Source: Styela clava (taxonomy: Eukaryota). From it: a stretch of DNA of 64,000 nucleotides. This document shows, one piece after another, positions 45,839 through 58,187 of this stretch. The stretch covers positions 7,936,001 to 8,000,000 of the forward strand of contig NC_135260.1 in NCBI RefSeq assembly GCF_964204865.1. The letters run 5' to 3'. The notes below the pieces were generated by a model. That model was not told where the DNA came from and searched no databases. It saw only the letters and a program-made list of their open reading frames with translations. Both the position numbers and the translations under genes were made by a program. Position 1 is the first letter of the stretch; each line of letters opens with the position of its first letter.

Positions 45839-46912
45839 TATAGGCGCCAAATCGAAGTCGCTATCTAGCGCCAACACGCGTTAACGGACGGTTGCTCTCT
45901 GAATCGTTTCGAGACTCCACAATAAAAATACGCGTACAGATTGCCTTTTGAAATTTCTTGTTGTCACGAAAAAGGTACGTTTAAAATGCAGTGTACGTAC
46001 GATTGAAATTCAATTACAGTTGAAAGTACGAATCAGTATACAGTTGTCAATTTGTACGGAAATACGGTTTTCTAAACAGAAATGAAAAACAGTCTCAAAA
46101 TATGTCACACAATAAAACTTACTAAACATCTAACTAATTAGCACTTAAAAAACACAATATTTATCAATTTAGAATCACAAATTAATTGAAAAAGCCAAAA
46201 ATACAGCACAATTGTTTACCTTAAAATATCACTAAATAAAGCATAAAATACGACAAATCAAAGACTTACTTGACGATGTAGCCTTCAACTCAAAGAACAA
46301 CCAATTATTTGACTGGAACTATTATTTTAACTAGCTCTATATTTGATCAGATCTAACAAATAAACACACAAAATATCATGAAATAACTACTTGCAACTGT
46401 TTTCCTAGCCTACTGAGAATAACGAACATCTAAACGCGAATAGAGCTGGGAAAGATTCAAAGGTAACTTTTACTAAATATATGACTTAAAAACCCGGTTC
46501 CTTGAGACCTTAAACAACTAAAAATCTAACAAAACTGGAGAGCAGATAATCACTGCCAACATTCCCGCCCAGAAAGCCGCGAGCGAAAGAACGAGCGTTG
46601 CCAGAAATAAGCAACAGCACAAAAAGAGCTGGCCTAGCAACACAGGACAAATTAGCATAATTCTATGTTCTAATTTGTTAACAGTCTGCAAATTGGGGTA
46701 GGTTGTCATCAGAAAAATATCATAAATTACACTAGTAATAAACCCTACTTGAGCAGCATTAAATTTGCCCAATACAAACCTAGAAATAATTACAAAACAA
46801 TACTAGAAACATGGCAACATCAATGTGTGAGGTTATGTTGCAATCGCAGAATAAGCAAATCACAAAATCAGTCAAGTGTGAAATAAACGAAAACAAATGC
46901 GAGGCGGTTTCA
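45839..46912 (-). repeat. 5' LTR of the BEL/Pao element
   Basis: Direct repeat of 38029-39102. Confidence 0.96.
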
Positions 46913-48661
46913 AGTAAACTATTAACAAACAAGCACCCTGATTGGCTCAGCTAAGCAAGTCACGTGATTTCAATAAAATACTCTTGTAGAAAGTAAAATT
47001 CAACGAAAAATTAGTAAAAATTTACTAGAAAAATTAGTATATTTACTAATTTTTTTACCAGTGCAGGGATTCGCAAACTGGGGGGCGGCGGACCCCTATA
47101 ACAGTTCAAACCCTCACTCATTTTCCCGTCTAACTGTTTAATCCATCAGACCGCAAATGTCACGCCACACCTTATTTTTGGTATGCTGCACGTTTGGTGC
47201 AGTTTATTTACTGGCATTTTGAAAGCCAAAATGAAAGGTGATTTGATAATGAAATCATGTAAAAACTAGTGCATACAGATCTTCATCAGATCGCTTGTTC
47301 CAACGTACATTACAAAATTTTGTTCACGTAGAATCTCAGAATACCGATAAATTGTGTAAATGTTTGCTATTAGTCAACATAGCCTATCGTATCATTTATA
47401 TAAACGGCACTTGAAGTGTGCCTTAATATGGCCCATTAGCACAATTAATGATGATATATTTGCGAAATACCGATGGTATATAACGAAGAAATAAACTGTA
47501 TATTGAATATCTTGCATGACGGAAATAAATATCTGAATCTGAATCTATCGGTACTGAATAGCCAGTTGAAGTGGCACGGTGAATATAAATTTTATCATGT
47601 TCATCATATTAAATATTGAATGTGAGTTCTGGTTTAAAGTTTTTCAAACTATAGGGACAAAGTAGTAAGAACTAGATTATTACATCATAGGGGGGTTCCC
47701 CCGAGAGTTTTAATAGCCACTGACAGTAGATTAGGCGTTGCGGTTCCGAGTGGGTTTGAGTTTGATGGAAAGCGTGCCAATGGATCTTTGAATGCTAAAG
47801 GTTGTCGACCCGTGATCTATATATATCACATAGTCAAATAATCCAGCACTGCGGTGACGTCATCAAACTTAAAAAATTGTGCGTCCTGGTCAGGTCTTCG
47901 TCTCCATATATTCAAGGATCGCTCTATTCTACGTTTAAGTGAGCCCGCGTGACATTATATATTCTTCTAAAATAGTCTATTGTGACATGCAATTTACAAT
48001 TTACTGTACTCGCGTGCAGTAAATATATACCGTAAATCATAATACAACCTTCCAATGTATGGAATCAAAGATGATGTTGTTAGTATTAATAAAATACACA
48101 TATGAAACACATGAAAGATCAAAGTAAATAAGCAATAATGCAATTGTATATAAATACACAAATTTTTTATGATCAATAGAACAAGACAACAACAACCGTA
48201 ACTATGAAAGCAGATTGTGAAATATAGCTTAACAGTAGAGATGCAAAAAGCGCACAAATAAAGAATTAAATTGTACGACTCCAAAAAAATGGCTTCGGTA
48301 ATTTGCGAAATATTTTCGAGATAAAATCAAATCTTAAATCCTCTGCTGCTGTGAATAAAGTTACCAAAATTCTCGTTCCCGATTGTTTTGAACATCCCCT
48401 ATCTAATTCAATCTACCTTTATTAGTAGTCATGTCTGACATTTACACCCTACAAAATTTTTACCCTCAAACATTTGTGTGCGAGTAAATTTCATTTCTTT
48501 GTTTCAATTATGCTTTTGGCTAGGGTAGATTTTGACACTCTCCATCCTTTACAGCAGTCTATGAAGTTAACTGAAAGATTATTGTATTGTCCCCAATATA
48601 AATTGAATGAGGTGTCAAGTATAATGCTATAATACCTAATTCAGTTGGACCCTAAATCTGC

Positions 48662-51600
48662 TCATACTTCACAAATGTAATAAAAGTATCTGGAACAAGA
48701 TATGTCGTTGATATCGTTTAGTTTAGTCAAATGAGCACATTTTTCATCTCCTTCTTCGTTGTTCGGCTCATTTTCACCCCAGGCTGTGGAGTTCATATCG
48801 TATAGGCCCCCATCCGACCACGCCCACTCATTGTCTTGAGACGTTCTATCTAATCCAATCCAAGAATAAACAGAAGTGGTTTTGACATTTTCCTCGATCT
48901 CCCTAAAATATTAGACATACTAGTAAATAGTACATATCTGATTGAATTTGTCTTTTATTACAAATATATTTTTAAAGTACATATGGAAAACAACAACTAA
49001 CATTCTACACGAATCAAATACTTTCTTTGCCATTTATGACAACAAAATTGCAAAAGGGTTTATTTTAACTTTACGTATATGAACGAAATAAATTTGTGTT
49101 TTAACGGAAAAGCAAACTCGTCCGGGCATTTAGTTCTTAATTACGCGAGAGTCAAGGCTTTGCAGTTAAATATCACCAGTAATTTCGTTCCTGCAAGCCC
49201 GATACGCTAATAGCAGAAGTACAATCGCTTTTAAAAATGATTGCTAATTTACTTGCTAAAAATGGTAACAATCAAAATACCAAATCATGCATACTTTCTT
49301 ATTTTTGAATCACGAATACCAGTCGATTCCAGTCGAGCTCCAAATTTTTCACATTCTGCCTTCGAGTTCACGTAGTTTCTTGATCTTTCCGACTGCTTGT
49401 AGAAGTGAGAATTACTGGCCGCGTACCATCCATTCAGTATATATGTATCTTTTACTAGATGGTGAACTCTTTCCGATTGACTTTTCTGTAATTTTGTATG
49501 AAACAAAATTGCTTTAGAAATATAAAAAAACATTGAAGAAAACTATGGAACAATAATACATTTAACAACATATCACATTATCGAACGGGAGCACAACATC
49601 TCGCGTCATACTTTCACTTCTTCCATACCTCCGCGTGTTCGCGTTTTGTACGATTAGTAATATCTTCATGGGGGTTAGGCCTAAAAGTTTTTATGCGTTT
49701 ATTGAATTTATTTTTCAAATATTTATAATGATTAATATTTTTAGAAGATAGGTCTCTAATTCAGATCTTGTCTCGCACAACTATGATGTTATTTATAATG
49801 ATGTTAGAACGTGTTTTTATGTCCTATCTGCATCACAATTCATACTTCTGTGAATATAAGGAAGTATGTTTTGAATGAATTTTGAAAACAAGTTTTAAAA
49901 TTGAATGAGCATTTTTAAATCAGATTGCGCGCAGAAAATTAGTGTATCATACGGGATACTTTCAGGATATTGCATAATAGCATAATAGAGGAGCGTGTAT
50001 CTATTCTACAGCATTCATGAAAAATGATAAGCACGAATTTGGCCTATCGTATTCCAATTTAAGGGTAATGCATAATGGCATAACAAACATTCTTATATTA
50101 TAGAAGATTTGTTATTTAAAAAATGTTCTGTTTCTGTGTTACAAATTCACGATTTTTCATTAATACTTTTTAGCTATTATTCGAGTGTTTCTGACCTCAC
50201 TTTGAGCAAGCATGTATACTCAACTGAATTGTTGAAAAATGATTCAAGATCAATCAGACGATTGTCATGTTGTTCCAACTTTCTTCCCAGAACCCAAGAA
50301 ACGTTCGAGATCGATAGATTCATTTCTAAATCAGAAAAAGTTATAATTAAAACGACACTGTAAAACAGTTTCTTTTATTCAGTCTGAGAAGCCATTGCAA
50401 TTCTGATCGACAGGCGGATTCTTGGTGTACTGAACAATTTGAATAAACTCGATATTTTCTTATTCAATGAGTTCTTTGTTGGTATTTCTAATTCGAAAAT
50501 ATTCTCTATTCCTGATCTAATGTGATGACACTGTGTGACACAATTTTTTTTCCTGACATCTATTTTTATTTTCTAATAGATTACGCGCCAAAACCTAACA
50601 AAATGACATTAATAAAAAGAATATTGATTGATTTTAGGTTTCCTTGGTTCCAAAATTTTATTTAACATGTATTTGTATTAATTCTTACATAGTATACAAG
50701 GAAAAGTTTTCCGGGATATCAAAAATAATAAAGAAAAAGCACCAGACTATGTTATAACCAAAGATTTATACGATTTTATGTTATCATTTTAAACAAAAAC
50801 CGGATTTCGAGGAAGTCTCTCAATTTTCCCAAAACCAAATTTAAAAAATGAGAAATGTGAGTTTATAAATGCAGGAAATATATGTGAAAAGCTGAAAACG
50901 AAGCAAATCGTTTTGTGTCTCAGTGTAATTAGAGTCTTGTCCGTAGATTTTCAAGATTCAAAAAAAGAATAATTGAATGTTAAAAAAATAAAATAAAAGT
51001 CATCATATACCATGGAATTGATCTCTATTTTTGGAGTCTTCTTTGTCGATAACATTGTGGAGATTTGCAATTGCGGCGTACAATTCAGCATTGACAACAA
51101 AACAGACGACGATCAGCACAATAAATAGGACAGTTAACGACGTAATCCCTAACAAGATCAGTTTTTGTTTCTGAAACTTGTGTTTGACAACATTTTGTGA
51201 TGATCGGCGATTAACTGAAATATACACGAGATAATTTACTTTATAAATGCAACGCATTAACTTCGACGAGCCAGTCTATTGATTCAAAGAATTCAAAGAT
51301 TTTTCGGATAGGAATGCAATACTATTCTATGGTAATGTGTTGACTAAGTTAAACCCCCATTATGGCATTGAAGCTGATGATTAAATGGTTTAAACCAAGG
51401 TTCCATTAGTCATCTTGGCTCCTTCAGTACAGCAAGTTTTCATCCGAATCCGAGAGTGAGTATTAATATATGTGTACTGTTTAAATATATTTAAATACCT
51501 ATTAGGTTAGCCATTATTATTCAGCTTGCTACACGTGGAAAATAATTTTGTTTTACCAGTATTAGGTTTTGCACATATAAATATATAGCTTATAAAGTTC

Positions 51601-52066
51601 TTCTTATAGCCTTACAGGTATTGCACATGGGTTCCTCGAGTCTCTGGAATGTTTTATTGGGATTTCGTTCCACCAAAAAGGTTAAAAACCACTAATATAA
51701 ATTTGTTTTAAAAGGTTTAGGCGTGCTGCTGATCTTCAAACTGGAAATGTGCACTCAGGCATTGTTTGCTATAAACCCCTAACTACGGGCATGTTGCAAC
51801 TATATGAACATCTGTTGCAACTATATGAACCTATATTGCACCTGCATTTTTTTACAACTTTTCCCTCAGTACCCACAACACTTGCAAATGAAGATTTGGG
51901 GTTCATTGCGAGAAAATATGTATGAGAAAATAGAGTTTGTTTGCTAAAGTGTTAGACTTTTAAACGTGTTACCTTCGTTATACTCTTCATAATCATTCCG
52001 TGGTGGTGGTAACGGAAGCTCCAGTTCATATACATTAGCTATTTCAACTTGAGTTTTTGTAGCCAT
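48662..52066 (-). CDS. Type II transmembrane C-type lectin receptor (EPN motif), ~284 aa
   Basis: Exons 52066-51973, 51214-51011 (TM LILLGITSLTVLFIVLIVVCFVV), 50325-50201, 49485-49295, 48902-48662 (WIGL, WAWSDG, WGENEPNN, KCAHL, INDISC, YICE). Total 855 nt in frame. Confidence 0.88.
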
Positions 52067-53538
52067 CTGCATCAAACAATGTAGCGTATTGCACATAAAT
52101 GATCAATTTAAAAAATATTACTATCTAAAACTTGACAACATTTCACTTCTGTTGTGCGAAGATTGTACTCAATGGTACCTGCTCTGTGAAAAAGCTATTT
52201 GACTTATTGTCTTCAAGTGACAACTAAATATTCAATTTATGACTCACAAGTCATGTTATAAAATTGGCTAATTTCATGTGGTATGTCGTAATACGTGGGA
52301 GCACCGTAGGTAATGTGTATTATATATGGTAAAGTGCATCTGATTTGAAGGTGGTATAATCAATTTCTATAAAACAGAAATAACTGTATACAAATTTTGA
52401 ATCGCATGATGTCGAAATATTTACCACAAACGTAAAGAGTGGGCGTGCTACTGTTCAAATAGAAAGTGTTTTCATTTACTGACCTCATTGAATTATGCGC
52501 ACAAAGTTAAAATTCCAGTTTGCATAACTGATTAATTTAAACATGACTGATTTAAACTTAGGTAAAAATGAATATATACTCAAGATTTTTGCATCCTGTC
52601 AGAATACAAATAATTGAAATTCATATCTGTATTTGTTAAATTAGACCAAATGTTATTCATTTACCATTTTTATATAATCTAATTTCGTATTATCCTACAG
52701 CAATTTTTCGCACGCAATCAGGCACAATTTTGCTCTAGTTGACGATCTTGCGATTGACTGAATTTACTTGCAAAGCTTTCGACGTTTTGAAATTTGATCA
52801 ATCTCTCTCCTTTGACTACAGGCAAAATATGGCATTTATTGTTAAAGTATTTTAACACCCACCTATCAAAGAAAATGCATAAATACTTGTAATGTCAGTC
52901 AGTTACTTCACTACTCCGAATCTTTTTGATTTTGGAACGGGTGATATGGCAGTGGCTCTCAACCGGGGGCCCAAGTTCCAGGGGGGCTACGACACAAGGC
53001 TAATAATTGATCATGAGGCGACTTTGTTTGCATAATTTCTTTCTAAAATCAAATTTCCGTTCACCGCTTTTTCATTACCTAACTAGGTTATTTGCGATCA
53101 CTGGGTATATTCACTTTCTTGTGCGTGAATTGTTTGATCATAATGGAATTTGGAATCCACCAATCAAAACAGTTCGCTGGTAGGCCGTCTAACCTGCAGC
53201 CGGGCGATTTCATCAAACTGCGAGATAACTTTCGCTATCGTATTATAGACGCAATATCCCATATGTAAATTCATAATCATCGTTGGCTTTACCAAAGTAA
53301 CTCGAGATGACAGAGAATGTGTTCAATGCCTGCATTACTCGTATGTATTGTGCAATGAATCATTACGTTCACCTAAACTCCAAAAGTGAAATGACAAAAA
53401 TCATACGCAGGTTAAAGACTTTGTCACAACCTATTTGTGCGAATCTGTTTTTTTTTTTCTGATCTTGTTAGCATCAAAAGCGTCTCCAGTTTGACAGTGA
53501 CATTCGTCTGGCTATATCAATGACGGTCCCTAGAAGGC

Positions 53539-53641
53539 GCTCCCGAAGTATGTGCACCAAGATGGCGCACAACCTGAACCCTAACCTGGTACAACCACTG
53601 TGTTCAGGTTGTGCGCCATCTTGGTGCACATACTTCTGAAG
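53539..53641. mobile_element. Palindromic MITE copy
   Basis: GAAGTATGTGCACCAAGATGGCGCACAACCTGAAC mirrored. Confidence 0.8.
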
Positions 53642-53653
53642 GTCCCCCTAGAA

Positions 53654-55005
53654 CAGTGTTTCCAAACCCGAGTCCGGGGTCTCAATTGAGTCCGTGGAGC
53701 GTTTGAATGAGTCCGCAAGGAGCCAGAAATTCGCTGTGGGCCGCAAATGTTTTTGCGAAACTTAACCATCAGCCACCTTACGATTTACGTTAGAATTTTT
53801 ATAAAACATAAAAAGCAAGTTTATTCACATAACTTTAATCGAGTCAATAATTACTGGATACTGAGTAGGGCTAGGCATATATTCGAATATTCAACTATTA
53901 GAATAGCAGTTTACTATTCGAAAATATGGTAGCAGGTGGCGCGACAGGTCACTTGCGCGTCGCTTGATCAAACGATTGGATTTCACAACTCCCTTGCGGA
54001 TTTCCGACGAAAACACGAGTCAGCACACGCGTGGATAGATACCTAAGTGGTGTTTCTCGCGAGCTCGAACAACGAGGAATAATTTTTTTGTGGTAGGTGT
54101 CAATGGTGGCAACCTAAATATTCTAAATTGAAAATCGGCAATACAAAATACTGAAAATAAAACGAAGAACACCATAAGTTTTGCTTTATGATGGTCCGCG
54201 ACCGATTCAAAACGGTTTTTAGAGATTGCAAATCGCAAAATTTCGGGTGCTACCGTAGTATACGGATCAGGGCATTTCCCTTAGTATTCTTTGCTTTACT
54301 GCCTCTACATTGGTACGTACAGTACTGGAGCGCCGTAAGTGTTGTACGAACAGCTCAGATTTGTCGTATTCACAAAGATACGAATAAAACAAAATATAAT
54401 CGGGCATTTTTATTTCGTCAACACAACCGCAGATTCAAACGATCTCAATTAAATTAATTAGGAAGGCGATGGATATTTTTGTTTGATTTACTAATATACT
54501 TCAATTATATTTTTAATAAGTACTAAATCAAGTTGTACTTTCTGGAAATTTATAGCATATAGTGAGATTTTTCTAACGGCGATAACAAATTCGCAAGATC
54601 GAAAAAAATATGTATCTAACTTAATATAATTGAGCAATATATTTTTACATTGTTATGTTCGCAGATTGCCGTGGAATTTTAAAGATGTAATGCTTTCATC
54701 TTGTCATAAATCGACGCATCCGCGAGTGACCATGAACACAATTAAATTAAAATAGAAAGACATTTTAAATTCTCGTAGTTGTCAGAGATTGAATATTGTG
54801 CGACAGAAAAAGCCATTTATACACTAACAAACGCGTAATTGTGGCGAATTTCCGATTTCGAAACTCGTTAATATTCTGTTGTGTTTGGTGTTATTGTTAT
54901 TATACTTTTTTACACAGAGTACGGTTGCAATAAACGCACGTTGAGTCCCCAATGGTTTTCGCCGGTGAGAAATAGTCCGCGACCAAAAAAGGTTGGGAAA
55001 CGCTG
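53654..55005. mobile_element. Non-autonomous hAT element (1.35 kb)
   Basis: CAGTGTTTCCAAACC / GGTTGGGAAACGCTG termini; perfect 8-bp TSD CCCTAGAA. Confidence 0.9.
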
Positions 55006-56034
55006 CCCTAGAATTAGAAACCTCGTCAGACAATCCAAAGCGCAATATACTCATTAGTTGTATTCCAAAACGCTTGGCCTTTCTTGTCTGCGGGTTGTTC
55101 CATAAAAGGTCGTAAAAACATAATACAATCCAACACGTTTAGTTTTTGGAATGACGTACAGGGGGCTACGAGAACAAAAAGGCACCGGAAGAGGGCCACG
55201 AATCATAAAAGGTTGAGAACCACTGTGATATGGGATCATAAATGTAATGACAACATTCTCAGGTTTAATAAGAAACATGGAAATTATTAGTTAGTAATAC
55301 TCTTAGCAGCTATTCTATGCACTGGGTTGCCAGCAATGCATAAAAAATGATTCATAGTCACAGTTCAATCGTTTATGCTGACGTATACATATGGTACAAT
55401 AGATGGTATAAGTTTGAAGTCCCATGACTCATTGAAATCTGCAAGATCAGATAATTCTTTGTATATCCCCGTAACTTGAAACTGCATTATTTCCTGCTTC
55501 GCTGTACATCTATGTTAAAGTGTTAAGAAAATCATTTGACGAAGACGATACCAGACAGAAGTCTTTTGTATTGCTCAACATTTCTATCATGGCTGACTGA
55601 TAGTTGGAATAAGGTAAGTGAAATGAGCTTTAGCAATTATTGTTTTCCTTTAAAATAGGTTAATTATGTTTAGAAAGAATTTGAGCGTTCGAATAATTTT
55701 TGCCGATGAAATTTTACAAATCGCGACTCGCTATTCCGTAAATGTCTGAACGGTAGATATATATCTAAAAAAAAATAGAAAAAATCAATTATACCAATAC
55801 GAATGTCAAATGCCTATAACTGTGGTACCGATGTAATAGCATTCTAGACGCCCAAACGTATGATCATTCGAATGTCTTCTCAAATCCAAATTACAAATCA
55901 GTCCTATCACTGTTGTAATTCACGTCGGTACTGGTATGCAAGATTACAGGTTTAAAATTTTGTAAAACTGATTGTTGTTTAATTTTTGTTATCCTGTTAA
56001 TATTTCTTGTACTAAATATTTACCGTTTTTAAAA

Positions 56035-57456
56035 CAGCGTTTCCCAACCTTTTTTGGTCGCGGACTGTTTCTTCACCGGCGAAAACCTTTGCGGGACTCA
56101 AGGTGCGTTTATTGCAACCGTACTCTATGTGAAGAAGCAATAAAACCGAACACAACAGGATTTTAACAAATTTCAAAATCGGAAATTCGTCGCAATTACG
56201 CGTTCGTTAAAAGAGCCGACTTTTTCAGTGTATAATGGCCTTTTCTGTCGCACAATATTCAATTCACGATAACGACAAGAATTTGAAATGTCTTTCTATT
56301 TTAATTTAGTTGTGTTTATGGTAACTCGTGGTTGCGTCGACTTACGACAGGATGAAAGCATCACCCTTTTTAAAATGCCACAGCAATCTGCGAACATAAT
56401 AATGTGAGAATATATTGCCCGATTATATTTAGTTTTGATACATATTTTTTGCGATCATGCGAATTTGTTATCGCCGTTAGAAAAACCCCATTATCTGCTA
56501 TAAATTTCCAGAAAGTACAACTTGATTTAGTACCTATTAAAAATATATCTTAGGTAAATTAGTAAATCAAAAATTCAAATTCATCGCCTTGCTTTATTAT
56601 TAATTTAATTGTGATCTGCGTCGCATTTTGATCTGCCGTTGTGTTGACGGAATAAAAGCAATATATACTACTCAGAAAATATCATGACAATCCGTGGACA
56701 CAAAAATGCGTGCTAAAGTGCCCCATTAAATTTTGTTTTAATTCGTATTTTTGTGGATTCGACAAATCTGAGCTGTTCGTATAACACTTACGGCACTCCA
56801 GTACTGTACGTACCAATGTGGAGGCAGTAAAGGAAATAATCCTAAGGAAAATTCGTATACTGGTACGTATCTATATGATAGCGGTAGCACTCGAAATTTT
56901 GCGGTTTGCAATGTTCAAAAAAGCATTTTTAATCGGTCGCGGACCATTATAATACAAAATTTATGGTGTGTTCGTTTTATTTTTAGTATTTTGTATTGCC
57001 ATTTCTCAATTCTGAAAATTTGGGTTGCCACCTACCAGAAAAAAATTTATTCCTCGTTGTTCGAACTCGCGAGAAACACCACTTAGGTATCTATCGACGC
57101 GTGTGCAGACTCGTGTTTTCGTCGTAAATCCGCAAGTGAGTTGTGAAATCCAATCGTTCGATTGAGCGACGCGCAAGTCACCTGTCGCGTCACCTGTTGC
57201 TAAATTTTAAATAGTAAATTGCTATTTTAATAGTTGAATATTCGAATATATGCTCAGCCATACTCATTAACCAGTAGTAATTATTGACTCAATTAATGAT
57301 GTTATGTAAATAAACTTGCTTTTTCTGTTTTACGTAAATTCTAACGTAAATCGTAACTTGGATGATAGTCGAGTTTCGCAAAAACGTTTGCCGTTCGCAG
57401 TGAATTTCTGGCTCGTTGCGGACTCATTCAAACGTTCCGCGAACTCATTCGAGACT
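56035..57456. mobile_element. Second copy of the same hAT family, inverted, with one terminus truncated
   Basis: Reverse-complement colinear with 53654-55005; starts CAGCGTTTCCCAACC and stops ~25 bp short of the other TIR. Confidence 0.88.
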
Positions 57457-58187
57457 TAGATATTTATTGCGTAATGTCCAAAAAAAAATATTTATCCATA
57501 TACAAAACCTCCATCTCTAGGGTGATTGTATGTCATTGTAAAGGTATTTTGAAGATTGATATAGTTTATCGTGAAATCGACATTGCTTTTGTTTCAGAAT
57601 ACAATTTCTACGATTTGTTCAAAGCAAACAGCAATGCTCAGTTATTTCAAAATAAATCAAACTTCGTTTTGAAAGTAAAGACATGGAAACTAAAGAATCA
57701 AGCAAAGAAAGGACGAGAATACCGTCGGCACTGCCCGAAAAAAAGAATTCAAACCTTGAAAGTGGGCGAATAAATTTTCACACATTTCTCCTTTTTTTGA
57801 CTAATAGCTGTGTTCTGCATACTATATGATGTTCGGTAAATTGAAAATAAAAATAACTTAACTCTAATGCAATGGTATCAGGTATAGACCAAGTTATTAT
57901 TCAGCATATTTACGGCAAGAAGATTTGCTTAAATAACTATAAGATTCTTCCAATAAGATATGAACATAATGGATATAGCGTACAGAGACGCTCGGTTTTC
58001 CGAGATTTTCACATTCAGCAAAAGCAAGGTTCTTGCGTAGACCCAAACAGAGTTGAAGTAAAAACAGTAAAATGTCATATTACTTGGTTAAAAAAATAAT
58101 AAAATACTACTACCCAAATACTAAATAAAAGTCTGTTGCTAAACTTAATTTTTTATCTCAACAGTTCCAATACCGGATAGCAGCACG

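Larger units (their letters stand above)
38029..46912 (-). mobile_element. Full-length BEL/Pao LTR retrotransposon
   Basis: Two 1074-bp LTRs with about 3 mismatches seen, 5-bp TSD AGTAA, PPT GGGGCCGGGA, gag-PR-RT-RH-IN domain order. Confidence 0.97.
32839..47063. mobile_element. Non-autonomous EnSpm/CACTA (CMC) DNA transposon, ~5.3 kb plus the nested BEL element
   Basis: Termini CACTGTTAAAAA / TTTTTTACCAGTG, 2-bp TSD CA, subterminal TTTACTA/TAGTAAA repeats at both ends, accessory-gene exons inside. No transposase seen. Confidence 0.8.
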
